The notes under the pieces were generated by a model, which saw only the letters and a list, made by a program, of their open reading frames with translations, was not told the DNA's origin and made no database searches. Below, in pieces: positions 23,930 through 38,565 of a stretch of DNA of 64,000 nucleotides (the stretch's first letter is position 1; every line of letters starts with the position of its first letter). Source of the DNA: Octopus bimaculoides (lineage: Eukaryota); NCBI RefSeq assembly GCF_001194135.2, contig NC_068986.1, forward strand, positions 51,077,066 through 51,141,065, written 5' to 3'. The position numbers and the translations under genes were made by a program.

Positions 23930-24262
23930 CTTTCTACTATAGGCAAAAGGTCTGAAATTTTGTGGGAGGGGGCTAGTCGATTACATCGACCCCAGTGCTC
24001 AACTGGTACTTATTTCATCGACCCCGAAAGGATGAAAGGCAAAGTCGACCTCGGCGGAATTTGAACAACAACAATAATAATAATAATTATTTTTACTTAT
24101 AGACATAAGACCTGAAATTTTTGGGGAGGAGGCTAGTTGATTACACCGACCCCAGTGCATGACTGGTACTTATTTTCTCGATCTCGAAAGGACGAAAGGC
24201 AATGTCAATCTCAGCGGGATTTGAACTCTGAACGTAAAAATGGACGAAATGCCGCTAAGCAT
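23930..24262 (-). mobile_element. Two adjacent family-B SINE fragments
   Basis: Two family-B bodies separated by an (AAC/AAT)n run. Confidence 0.75.
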
Positions 24263-24519
24263 AGAATCTATTATGAGTAATGTTAATAGTATTTACTAGT
24301 GTAGATACAGCTGGTACCGGACATCATAATACTCTAAGAGCGGCAAGAAATACATTCCGTGCTGCCACTAGGATTCGAACAAACTTCGCAGCAATTAAAC
24401 AGTATGCTGGTAATATGTTTAAACACGATGTATTTACCAACAGCTTACGAACCTATCTAGAACAGGCTAAAGTAACTTCCATGTACAGCAGAAAGTATTT
24501 TAAAAATAATCTCCTAATA

Positions 24520-24681
24520 GGCGTAGGAGTGGCTGTGTGGTAAGTAGCTTACTTACGAACCACATGGTTCCGGGTTCAGTCCCGCTGCGTGGCACCTTGG
24601 GCAAGTGTCTTCTACTATAGCCTCGGGCCGACCAAAGCCTTGTGAGTGGATTTGGTAGACGGAAACTGAAAGAAGCCCGTC

Positions 24682-24731
<50 letters not shown>

Positions 24732-24940
24732 ATGTTTATGTGTCTGCGTTTGTCCCCCCAACATCGCTTGACAACCGATGCTGGTGTGTTTACGTCCCCG
24801 TAACTTAGCGGTTCGGCAAAAGAGACCGATAGAATAAGTACTAGACTTACAAAGAATAAGTCCTGGGGTCGATTTGCTCAACTAAAGGCGGTGCTCCAGC
24901 ATGGTCACAGTCAAAATGACTGAAACAAGTAAAAGAGTAA
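24520..24940 (+). mobile_element. Young full-length family-A SINE
   Basis: ggcgtaggagtggctgtgtggtaag (A box), ccgggttcagtcccg (B box), ggcaccttgggcaagtgtctt (CORE-like), internal (TA)n(TG)n, tail gactgaaacaagtaaaagag. Confidence 0.9.
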
Positions 24941-25130
24941 TTTAAATTAAGGACCAAAGACGCGATAAGCAACGCACAGAAGGCAATTCAAAATCATAAC
25001 ACAGCAATACGTTGTAATTTATACGATAGAACAAACCCCCTACCAAATAGTGTTGGTCTGCGTCAGTAAGATTTGTATTATTTAATGAAATCGACACGAA
25101 GCGTATAGTGAAGTTGCCGTAGAGAATGGA

Positions 25131-25170
25131 AAGTCCAACGTTTCGGACAGAGTCCTTCTTCAGGAAAAGT
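25131..25170 (-). ncRNA. Degenerate minimal (Penelope-type) hammerhead-like motif
   Basis: ttttc-CTGAAGA-a-ggac tct gtcc-GAAA-cg-TT-ggac; helix I weak. Confidence 0.35.
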
Positions 25171-25656
25171 TGGCAGGAGTAAACCTAAAGAGAGACAGCA
25201 GAGTTTTACATCCTATAAGTTAGAAAAGTTGACTGTAGCTGTTAAGGAAACGCAGGATCACGAGAGCTTCATATTTAGGCAGGAAGTAGTAGGAGAGAGA
25301 AACTGAGAGAATGAGAGAAGAAGCAGAAAAGAGGAATGAATTGAGGAAGAGAAGCGGGTGGAGGTGAAAGTAAAATGGGAGGAGTTGAAAGAAAAGAAAG
25401 GAATTACTGAACTTAGAGGAGATGAAGTAGTAGAAGAAAAAATGTTCATTTAAACCTAGTGATTATTTTTCTTATATGATCGCATATAAAAAAATGCGGG
25501 ATTAATGCATTGTTAAAAACATTGAACAAACGATTGGAAAGGTGAATTAAAATATTGCATAAGTACTCCTTGTAGTGAATTGAAGAAAATAACCCAAATC
25601 ACAGTAGATGACCTTTTCATAAAAAAAAAATACATAACTTAGCACACATACACACA

Positions 25657-25718
<62 letters not shown>

Positions 25719-26256
25719 NNNNNNNNNNNNNNNNNNNNNNNNNNNNNNNNNNNNNNNNNNNNNNNNNNNNNNNNNNNNNNNNNNNNNNNNNNNNNNNNNN
25801 NNNNNNNNNNNNNNNNNNNNNNNNNNNNNNNNNNNNNNNNNNNNNNNNNNNNNNNNNNNNNNNNNNNNNNNNNNNNNNNNNNNNNNNNNNNNNNNNNNNN
25901 NNNNNNNNNNNNNNNNNNNNNNNNNNNNNNNNNNNNNNNNNNNNNNNNNNNNNNNNNNNNNNNNNNNNNNNNNNNNNNNNNNNNNNNNNNNNNNNNNNNN
26001 NNNNNNNNNNNNNNNNNNNNNNNNNNNNNNNNNNNNNNNNNNNNNNNNNNNNNNNNNNNNNNNNNNNNNNNNNNNNNNNNNNNNNNNNNNNNNNNNNNNN
26101 NNNNNNNNNNNNNNNNNNNNNNNNNNNNNNNNNNNNNNNNNNNNNNNNNNNNNNNNNNNNNNNNNNNNNNNNNNNNNNNNNNNNNNNNNNNNNNNNNNNN
26201 NNNNNNNNNNNNNNNNNNNNNNNNNNNNNNNNNNNNNNNNNNNNNNNNNNNNNNNN

Positions 26257-27650
<1,394 letters not shown>

Positions 27651-28262
27651 AGTAGCGAACTCCTTTAACCTTTGCCTGTCCAAAGCTTTTTCATAAGTTT
27701 ATCGTAAACCTCCATACTTGTTTTCAGACTGTTAGCTAGTCCTTCTTCATACGTTTTCAAAAACATAAATATAAGCTAAGACAGTTTAGCTTAGAATTTT
27801 CTCTTAGGAGGAGGAAGACTTCACTTAATGGAGGCCTGGGTCCTCTAAGGATGGAAAAGTGAGACAAATTGTTATGGATAATGAAACGAAGATAGTTTAA
27901 AACTTTAAAAAATTATGCAGCACCATGGCGAAGAATCATATCGCAGATTCTGTTTTGTTTTCCCATGAATAAAAGGGCGGGGAGGAAATTCAGTTAATAT
28001 TTTTTGGTGTATGTGTGTGTGTGTACGCATGAGATAGCGTACGTATGTGAGTGTTAGTTTGTATGTGTGCGACAGTGTGTGTGTGTGTGAGTGTCTGCGT
28101 AAGTGTGAGAAAGAAAGTGTGTATGTATGTGTGAGTGTGTGTGTGAGAAAGTGTATGTTTGAAAAAGAGATAGTGTGTGTGAGTATGTGTGTGAATGTCT
28201 GTGTGTGAGTGTGTCTGTGTGTATGTGTTCTGTGAGAAAAAGAGCGTATGTGTGAATGTGAA

Positions 28263-28294
<32 letters not shown>

Positions 28295-28369
28295 TGTGTG
28301 TGTGTACATGTATATGTATACATGTGTACGTGTGTGTGTGCGCGTGTGTGTGCGTGCAGGTGCTTAATT

Positions 28370-28910
28370 GTTTTCAGTCTGAGTTTGACATTCATCCCTT
28401 CAGGTGAAAAAGCAAAGTTAGCTGTCATACTCGCACAAATAACAATGGATTGTAAAATANNNNNNNNNNNNNNNNNNNNNNNNNNNNNNNNNNNNNNNNN
28501 NNNNNNNNNNNNNNNNNNNNNNNNNNNNNNNNNNNNNNNNNNNNNNNNNNNNNNNNNNNNNNNNNNNNNNNNGTTAGGCATACGATGCAGACCTCGACGG
28601 AATTTGAACTCAGACTGTAAAGACGAACAGAATGCCCGAAGCATTTTAGCCCGACCAACTAACGACTCTGTCAGCTTGCCGCCTTACGTTTCCTTTATAA
28701 TATTGATTTCAAATTTGTGAACAACACTAGTATTTTCGAGGAGGGGCAAGTCTATTACTTCAACTCCAGTACTCAACTAATCGTCTCCGAAAAGATGAAA
28801 GGTCAAGCCAATCTCGGCGGAATTCGAATTCAGAACGTAAAGACGGACAAATTGTCGCTAAGCATTTTGGCCCGACGTGCTAACGACTCTACCAGCTTGC
28901 CGCCTTATAT
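28370..28910 (-). mobile_element. Two tandem family-B SINEs (first spans an N gap)
   Basis: Family-B bodies, CpGs largely retained despite other divergence. Confidence 0.7.
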
Positions 28911-29237
28911 CTGTTTAACAATATTACGTGTTATTTCCTATTTCTCAAGTATTAAACGCTTCCTTTCACACAAACATTTATCATATCTCTTTAATTTCTT
29001 GTACCCGCTCAACCAAACAATCTTAAGGGTGGCTCGAAGATAACTCCTAAAGACAGATCAGGGTATCTAATACCCAGCATTAAACGTAGTTTAATGCTTG
29101 TGTGCCACATAAAGTATAGAAAACGCTTACCTGAATAATATTGTTTGTTAAAAGGATTTATATATATTTTTAAATGTAAAGACAGTGACAATAGACAATG
29201 AATATTTATAGTGTTATTTGGTTACAAATTAGGATAT

Positions 29238-29311
<74 letters not shown>

Positions 29312-29368
29312 NNNNNNNNNNNNNNNNNNNNNNNNNNNNNNNNNNNNNNNNNNNNNNNNNNNNNNNNN

Positions 29369-29419
<51 letters not shown>

Positions 29420-29548
29420 ACACACACACGCACACACACAGAGGCACACACGCACACCCACACACGCACGTATATTTATACATACGCACGCACACATTTA
29501 TATCTGCATATATATTCATACAAATAATGTGTGTGCATATACACACAC

Positions 29549-29617
<69 letters not shown>

Positions 29618-29692
29618 ACACACACATAGATATAGATATTTTAGTGTGTGTGTTTGTATAAATATATATCACATGAATTTATATACGTATAT

Positions 29693-29729
<37 letters not shown>

Positions 29730-31103
29730 GCGTGATTGAGTGTGAATATATATATATATTCACACACATGCACACACATACACACTCTCTTATACACATT
29801 CACATATGAGTGGTGTGTGTGTGTGTGTGTGCACGTGCGGCTATAAGCTCAGTGAATTCCGTGATATTCTGATTTAGGAGAATAAAGTGTCGTTGCTTTT
29901 CAACCAACAATCCTGCGGGTTCACCTTCTCCCAACACATTGGACCCGTTGCCACCACTCTGCATTTAACAAAAAGTACCCCACGATAAAGACTCATGGCA
30001 GAATTGCAGGATTTAAGACATTCAATAAATGCTTTAATGCTTTCTTTTTAGCCTCTTCATCTTAAATTTTGAATCTTAATCCCACTGGAATAAAATTAGC
30101 TCTCCACAAGATCGCTAATGTTCATAAACGAATGATGGAGCCTTTCTATAGTCATCTGATCAACTAGAAATAAAAGCAGTCTCTCTCAAATCGCACCGTG
30201 GCCGAGGTCAACGTAGTCCTGCATATTTTCGTGGTTGGTGAAATAAAGTACCAGCCCAGAACAGTGGAATGGAAGAATTTTTATAGCAGTATTTGTTCAG
30301 GATCTTTGCATTCGGGATTCTTAAAAATTTGGTTGACTTGATGTAGTACGGTGGCTTGTATCTGTCAATATCCTGAGAGCTACGCCAGCGGAGTGCAAGC
30401 TCCTTGCAGGCTCTGCCATCGTAGGCTGGTCAAAGAACAGGGGCTAGACTAATATAAACTACACCTACCCAGAGGTAAAAATGGGTTTGCATAGGGCCAA
30501 CGCCCCCAGCTAGTTAGAAAGAAAAGGGCAATATTCCAGAAGCGCCGTTGATAATTCAAAACTAACAGGACTTGCGAGAGGTCAAGAGGACAACGCAGAG
30601 TCGAAAACAACAGAGGAAAGTAGCCGATGGTTGAGCACCATTGGAAACGAAGGGTTTAATTCATTAATTTAAATTTGTGGTCCAGTTTAATCCTGTTACA
30701 TTGTCCTTGACGTATTTCACGGAGTTTCCGATACTGCAAGAATTGGGACCAAGTCTTCCTCCCTTCATCATCCCACTTTCCATGAAGATTTTGACAAAGG
30801 ATCGCGGTCGCAATCCTTCTCTCCTTTACAATTTATATGATAAAAGCCGATATAAAAGTCGGTTAATTTCTCCAGTCACGCTTTACATCATATAGAGAGG
30901 GAGACAGAATAAAAGACACAGGGAGAACTAGAGGTATGCAGAACTAGAGGTGTGCAGAACGAGTGCACAATATTAGACTTGGTGGCAAGCAATGAGTAAA
31001 GGAATGTTACAAACATACACACATAGGGAAAGAGGAAGAATCATAAACAGAGGCAATAAATATTTTTCTTGTAAAAATTGCTATTCATTTGTATATAAAT
31101 ATA

Positions 31104-31975
31104 CGTGGTCTGATCAGCAAGTACGTGGACTGTTGCCATAATAACGAAGCTAAAGCATGCAGAGTAAAGCCGCTCGGCACAGATTGACCTTAAACTCTGT
31201 TATGCATGTGCACAAAGTGTTAATGTTCTAGCTCACTTTCGCTGTTTACAGCAGTGCTCGGAAGGAACGTGTGTTGCGTATGATCGTCGCATTGACCATG
31301 ACAGAAAAAGTTGAGAAGAGAATCTACATCAAATTTTGCCAAAAGCTTGGCGATACCTGCCCAGAGGCCTACGGAAAGTTTTCAAAATGTTTTCATTGTT
31401 TTCGTCACAACCAAGGAGATCTTGTGCAACTGAAACCCGAGTGTCTTAAAGTTTTGGCACAAATTTGGCAGACACGCATCTTATACCCAAATCTTCAGTA
31501 ATAATGGACTGAACTGAACCGTAACTAACTTGCACATCCTCTGATAACTCACGGATGGTGATTTGACGATTGATCCTCACAACTGCACGCACATCTTCGA
31601 TGTTTTTCTCAGTTCTGCTGGTTGCGGGTCTCCCAGAACGTTCGTCAATATCGACATTTGTTCAGCCATCTTGGAAACGTCTGAACCACTCGTTTTCGGC
31701 TCATACAATCCTCTCCATACACTTTCTGCAACTTTGCGTAGGCCTCTGAGCAGGTATCACTGTGACAACTTTTTCTGGCATGGTCAATGCAACGATCATA
31801 CACTACACACGTTCCTTCCAAGCACTACTGTAAACAGCGGAAGGAAGCTAGAACGTTAAAACTTATTGCGCATGCACAGCAGAGTTCAAGGTCAATCTTT
31901 GCCAGGCGGCTTCACTCTGCGTGCTTTAGCTTTGTTACTATGGCAACAGTCCAGGTACTTATTGATCAAACCTCG
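31104..31975. mobile_element. mariner-derived foldback made of two oppositely oriented 5' ends
   Basis: Arms 31104-31380 and 31730-31975 are inverted homologs; + strand MTEKVEKRIYIKFCQKLGDTCPEAY; - strand WFRRFQDG..DERSGRPATSRTEKNIEDVRAVV..IRCVSAKFVPKL. Confidence 0.85.
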
Positions 31976-33352
31976 TGTGTGTATATATATATATATATAT
32001 ATANNNNNNNNNNNNNNNNNNNNNNNNNNNNNNNNNNNNNNNNNNNNNNNNNNNNNNNNNNNNNNNNNNNNNNNNNNNNNNNNNNNNNNNNNNNNNNNNN
32101 NNNNNNNNNNNNNNNNNNNNNNNNNNNNNNNNNNNNNNNNNNNNNNNNNNNNNNNNNNNNNNNNNNNNNNNNNNNNNNNNNNNNNNNNNNNNNNNNNNNN
32201 NNNNNNNNNNNNNNNNNNNNNNNNNNNNNNNNNNNNNNNNNNNNNNNNNNNNNNNNNNNNNNNNNNNNNNNNNNNNNNNNNNNNNNNNNNNNNNNNNNNN
32301 NNNNNNNNNNNNNNNNNNNNNNNNNNNNNNNNNNNNNNNNNNNNNNNNNNNNNNNNNNNNNNNNNNNNNNNNNNNNNNNNNNNNNNNNNNNNNNNNNNNN
32401 NNNNNNNNNNNNNNNNNNNNNNNNNNNNNNNNNNNNNNNNNNNNNNNNNNNNNNNNNNNNNNNNNNNNNNNNNNNNNNNNNNNNNNNNNCCACCACCACC
32501 ACCACCACCACCATCTCCCCTCAACCACCTCCTCTTCCTCCTCGTTGTTGTCGTCATCATCATCATCTACAACGATAAGAACAGTAAAGACCACATGTAC
32601 TCATCATTGCATTCATCATATTTAATTCATTTTCATGAATTACAATCTCTTGACTCGCTTACATCATGTATGCTATTGTACAATTTACTATTATGTTTGC
32701 ATGTAGCAAACACCCCCGGGTATTTTTAATCACAAGTAACGGTTAATACATAAGTTTCCCTAATGCTGACTCAGTCACCTATTCCCTATTTCCTTGGAAA
32801 TTTGTGGTTTACTTTTAGTCATAAGGATGGTGCTTAGTAAGACTTTAGCTGAGATGACTAAAACAAGCTAAAGAAACCCCTTATTTCCATAGTAACTGGG
32901 TTCCATATTAATGAAAAGAGCAGTAGGGGTTATATTTCCTTTAGTTTGCCTCAATCCCCACCTATAAAAAAAAGCACAAATTATTAGTGTTACTGATAAT
33001 TCTTAACAAGAAAGACAAGGGAGTCAACTATGTCGCCCAAACTGACTAAATGTTGAACGTGGGCATGCATGCTGTAGAGGGAAGATCTCTTAGGATATTG
33101 GAACCCTCCCAACTCAGCCTGCTGCATTTCTCAAGCGTATAGATGCCCATTAAAGTCACCCCACGGAGAAGCATAGAATATTTTTTTCTCAAAAACGAGT
33201 AACTTCCTTATATCAGCTATGTTTTATTTCTATATTCTGCTTAGTTAAGCAAAGAACTAATAAATACATAACTAAAAATTCAGAACTGATGTACTTATTT
33301 GTTACAAATAACATTCAACAAATCCTTTACATAATTAAGAAAACAGAAAAAT

Positions 33353-33397
<45 letters not shown>

Positions 33398-33423
33398 ATA
33401 CACACATACACATGCATGCATGC

Positions 33424-33466
<43 letters not shown>

Positions 33467-34367
33467 ACAGAATACATTTCCATGAGATCTGCACACAATC
33501 TCTTCATCTCAAGTGTCAAAACAATGGAAGGACCTGACAAAGAACACCCAACAGATGACACAGGGAACAAGTAATACAGAAATAACCAGTTTATTCTATT
33601 TTATTTTATTTTTAATGGACTATCGTCCATATTGTTCGATCACAGTCGATAACAAAAGTCCACACACACACACACACACACACACAAACACTCACACACA
33701 CACTCACATGCACACACACACACACAAACGCACACGATACACTCGTACAACATGCAAACACATGTACGCATACACTCACACACACACACACGTACACACT
33801 CATACATGCTCCTAAACAGACAAATATAGTTGCTGTTTTATTTTCAATTTTCCACCTGAATAACTTTTACTAGTTATATTGATATCTGTTCCTTGTCAAT
33901 TTATGCAAATGAGATATTTCCAGCAGATGATTCTTCTTGATGAGATGAATGCAGCGAAATTCTAGATCCATCAATCAGTTATGTCAGCAAACCAATGAAT
34001 TTGTGGCCATTACTGTTGTTGTTGTTCTTGTTATTATTGCTGTCGCCTTCGTCGTCATCGCTATAATTATTCAAGTTGTTGTCGTCGTTGTCACAATCGA
34101 AGTCATCTTTGTTATTCTTGTTGCTGCCTTCACGTTATTCGTAATTTTTGTTGTTGTGGTTGTTGTTGTTGCCGTTTTTATTATATTACTATTTCTAGTA
34201 TTGTTATTGTTTTCGTAATTTTAGTATAGTGGGAAAATGAATCTTAGTTGATAAACTCGATTAGATACAAAACGAGTAAACACAAGTTTGGTGGTTCTGT
34301 TCTAACCAACGAAACCGCATTGGGTCCATGGCTAATATACAGTTATTTGTCAAATACATTTAGTTCG

Positions 34368-34700
34368 TTCTTCGCTCGTTTATTACCGTTCTTATTTTAA
34401 TTCATGTCCGTTGTCCGGAAATCTTTCGTCACACATCTGTGAAGATGGACTAAGCGGAACAGGAGCATACGAAGACGGAAAATGTCACCGAAGAGGTCAC
34501 AGATGTTGACGAAAGATTTCCGGACAATGGACACGAGTTAAAATAAGAACAGTAATAAACGAATGAAGAAGAAATATGTAGTACGTGGATTTATGTGACA
34601 AAAAAAAAAAAAAAATGACTGTCCCGAAATATAACAATATCTGTTTCAACACACGGTTTCACGTCAGGAACCTCGCAACACAAATTCATAAATGTAACAT
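34368..34700. mobile_element. Foldback/MITE-like element with ~75-bp inverted repeats
   Basis: 34368-34442 vs 34497-34570 about 90% complementary; flank 34575-34700 matches 18455-18570. Confidence 0.75.
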
Positions 34701-34897
34701 TTAGTTCACCTAACGGTAAATAGTTATCACGAATTAGGATGGTAAACGACAGTAACATTGAAATTTGAAAACTGTTCTATTAAGTTGCAACTCTGAATTA
34801 GGGTTGTATGGTAAATATTGTTAGTACAGGTGAGAACTGTAACTGTAGATTGTTATAATTGAAAGACAGGGATAAGAGAGCGTTTAGATTACTTGTA

Positions 34898-35111
34898 CGA
34901 GGGCGTGCTGAAAAGTTCCTGGTTTTAAGGGTGTTTCGAAAGGTCTAGTTGGAGGCCCAAACTTCCGAGTTCTTTTACAGGACTCAGAGAAACTGAAGGA
35001 CCGCTGCAATAGGTGTATGAATCTGAGAGGGGAAAATGTTAAATATAATCATAACTCATCCACTTGTATTTTCTTTTACCCAAATCCAGGAAGTTTTTAT
35101 TCCGCCTCTCG
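34898..35111 (+). mobile_element. mariner-derived MITE (copy 2)
   Basis: TA|cgagggcgtgctgaaaagttcctgg ... ccaggaagtttttattccgcctctcg|TA; RCNRCMNLRGENVK. Confidence 0.8.
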
Positions 35112-35613
35112 TATCTATTAAAAAGATATAGTGTTATCATCTTATCCAATGCTGTGTGACTCGTACGCCAGAACAGTACTTATAGTTTAGACTCCTAAAG
35201 AGATGATGTGCTAAGTCGAAGAAGCGGTGAAGTAGAGCGAAAATGCTTGAGAATCACTAATGTAGAGAGTCACTGGGATCTACGATTTAATGGTGTCATT
35301 TCTAAGTCTGTTCTGAGGTTTGTCTATATGGAGTTTACAAGATGAGTGAATATTTCTTACACACGAACTTTATTACATTCAACAACGGAAGTGTTGTTTT
35401 GCTTCAACTTGAATTTAGGAATTTACAGTTAATAAAACCACCGAGTAATCTTATAACCGGATTAGTGCCGTAATACTCGATTGAAGATGCAGCTCAGGTC
35501 TGTTAAACATCCAGAAGTCGTCATTATTTTAATCTCACCTTCATCCTGAAATTTCCGGCTGTTGTTAATTACAGGAATAATTTATTTTTGACATAATATA
35601 TGAAGACAAATAT

Positions 35614-35828
35614 GCAGCGAGCTGGCAAAAACGTTGGCACGCCGGGCGAAATGCTTAGAGGTAATTCGTCTACTTTTACGTTCTGAGTTCAAATTCCACC
35701 GAGGTCGACTTTGCTTTTCATCCTTTCGGGGTCGATAAATTAAGCACTAGTTGCGTACAAGGGTCGATTTAATCGACAGGCCCCGCCTCCCCCAAAATTT
35801 CGGGCCTTGTGTCTGGATTAGAAAAGAA
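35614..35828 (+). mobile_element. Full-length family-B SINE
   Basis: Head gcagcgagctggcaaaaacgttggcacg..gagttcaaattcc; TSD aatatatgaaga(c/g)aaa at 35595-35610 and 35827-35842. Confidence 0.85.
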
Positions 35829-37549
35829 TATATGAAGAGAAAGTCTTCGATAGAGACCCAACAGTGCGTTCACGGTTGTAGAACATTCCCCATTTACTTA
35901 GGGCCTCACATATCTATATATTGGAAAACAAAAAGAAGGCATCCACCATCAACTGAGAGTATCAAAACAAGTAACAGACTGAATCTCCCTCTTGATGTGT
36001 TTAAACGTTAAAAATAATAAGCATGCGAAATAATTCTTATACGATCAACCGGTCGAAAAATTCGGACGATATAGACTGTAGTGAATCTGGTCTTTAAAGC
36101 TAAATGGTAGGAACAGGGAACATATTTCGATCTTATTGGATCTCTTCAGCGAAGCATATTTATCTCACTAGGCTAGACGTAGAAACGATCAATATATGTA
36201 TGTATGCATGCATGATTTTTCTTTGGTGCTCATTTAAGTTCTTGAGAGAGTTAAAGTCAGTCGCTAAGAAAGCGACAAAACTTTTTGAGTCAAGAGAATT
36301 CTCGGTGTTTGTAAATATGTGGTTGAGTTTATATGTTGATTGAACTGTCGATGTGTGTGTTTCTATTCACATAAGAATCTCAGATGGAGAAATTCTGGGA
36401 TGTCTTACAAATCTTCATTGTGCTACTAATAGATTGGATTTAGAGAATCCGCGTCAATTTCTTTTGTTCTTTCTTTGTGAAACCGTGTATTTCTAGGTTT
36501 TTGCGCAAATTTGTTGGTACATAACCTAATGCACCTACGATGAAAGGTGTACTTTATAATTATTTGAAGTCCTCCTGCGGAGAAGAAGCTGGTTTCAAGC
36601 AAAGTTATAAAGCTCCAGGGAATACAACAACATTGACTGGGCACATCATTAACAGGGCTGAGGAAAAATGTCCCAGAGAAGCGTTCTGATTTAAGATTAA
36701 TATAAAGAACCGGAACAAATACTGTAATACTTCTATGGGAATTCTGTCCTTCGATTGCCTCGGACTAGTACTTTTCCCTTCTCCCTGAAAGGAAGAAAGG
36801 CAAATTTCGCTTAGGTAGTATTTGAACTCAGAAGATAAAGAACCATAAAAAATACCATTTTTTTGTGCAACGTTTTTACAGTTCTGTCAATTATTGCTAC
36901 ATTTACAAAATAAGACACATTGTAGGGATGGTCCACAAAATGTAATATGATCTGGGCGGGAATTCCTTTGACGATTGTGCCAACCTCTATTGTCTATTGC
37001 CTTTCTTTTGTACAGTAGTAGTGGTATGGACAGGGGGAGATTTGTTGCATGATCAACTTCTGTAGCAGCCTCATAAAACATAAATTAAAAAGTGCCGCTT
37101 AAGCTAACGCCTTAAGGGAAAAAAAAATTCTCAGGAGATATATAAACGCCAAAAGGTGTGATTTGAGGGAGATTTGGAAGCCCTTTCTAGCAAGATCAGC
37201 GACCACAATGAGCTCCCCACCTCTCCTCGTTGGCTAGCATCACTTGGGGTTACTCTTGTTGTTCGACTGAATGCCTTTGACCATAGGTGTGATCAGTCAG
37301 GGCGGGCTTGACCCCCAGCTCTGACTTAGCGCACCTATGACCAAAGGCATTCGATCCTTGACCATGGTGTTATTTACTCAGACACAATGTATTTAGGACC
37401 ACATTATGCAATGCGTCCATCTATTTTCCAAGTCGGGAGCGTGTAATTTGAGGAAGACTTAGTTAATATTTCTTGCATGTCAAAACTCCACGCAAAGGTC
37501 CTTCTCTGGTCAGAGTCATGTGCATTGATAGGGTGTGGTTCCACGGCAC

Positions 37550-38116
37550 GATATGGTGCGGTGTGGTGTAGAGTTTTGTGAGTTCTGAAGGTAGGGTGTG
37601 GCCGTGTAAGAAGCGGTGTGGTGTTCATGATGTTATGCGGCGTGGTGATGTGGTATGGGTTGGCTGGCAGAGATTCTGCTGTCAGGTTATCTGCTGGAAA
37701 ACGGCGGTACGTGTCGTGGTGTGGCCGTGTAGCGTGTTGCGGTGTGGTGTGTTATGGTATGGTATGATGAGGTGTCGTATTGAACAGTATGATGATGGTG
37801 GTGGTGGTGGTGGTGGTGGTGGTGGTGGTGGTGGGGCTGGTGTTGGCGTGCCATCATGTGATGTCGTGTGCGGTGCGGTGTTGGTGTAGAACGGTGTAGT
37901 GCAACTTATCATGTGATGTGATGTGAAGTGGCGAGGTGGTGTAAGCGACGATGTGGATGGCTAAGGCGGCGGTAGCGGCGACATTCACGAAGGAAACACA
38001 AATAACGTTAAGGTCCGATAAAGCCGATGGTGATGTCGTTGACGACGTTGGGAATACTGGAGACGGCAAACAACAACAACAACGCCGACAACAGCAGCAG
38101 CAGAAGCAGCAGCAGC

Positions 38117-38149
<33 letters not shown>

Positions 38150-38533
38150 TGTAAAATCAACAACTTGTATTACAATTACTACAACAGTTGAAACAAAGAC
38201 GAGAACAACATGAAACTGCAACAGAAACAATATAAAATGCACCACCACCACCACCACCACAACCACAACCACAACCACAACCACTACCANNNNNNNNNNN
38301 NNNNNNNNNNNNNNNNNNNNNNNNNNNNNNNNNNNNNNNNNNNNNNNNNNNNNNNNNNNNNNNNNNNNNNNNNNNNNNNNNNNNNNNNNNNNNNNNNNNN
38401 NNNNNNNNNNNNNNNNNNNNNNNNNNNNNNNNNNNNNNNNNNNNNNNNNNNNNNNNNNNNNNNNNNNNNNNNNNNNNNNNNNNNNNNNNNNNNNNNNNNN
38501 NNNNNNNNNNNNNNNNNNNNNNNNNNNNCCACC

Positions 38534-38565
<32 letters not shown>

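Noticed and set aside
30300-30620. Possible HDV-like ribozyme in an RTE 5'-UTR-like stretch (also 16960-17030)
   Set aside because: Could not build the nested double pseudoknot (no convincing P3/L3/P1.1) by eye; a motif search would be needed
36426-36700. Short open frames on both strands as host exons
   Set aside because: No recognisable motif and no convincing splice-site pair
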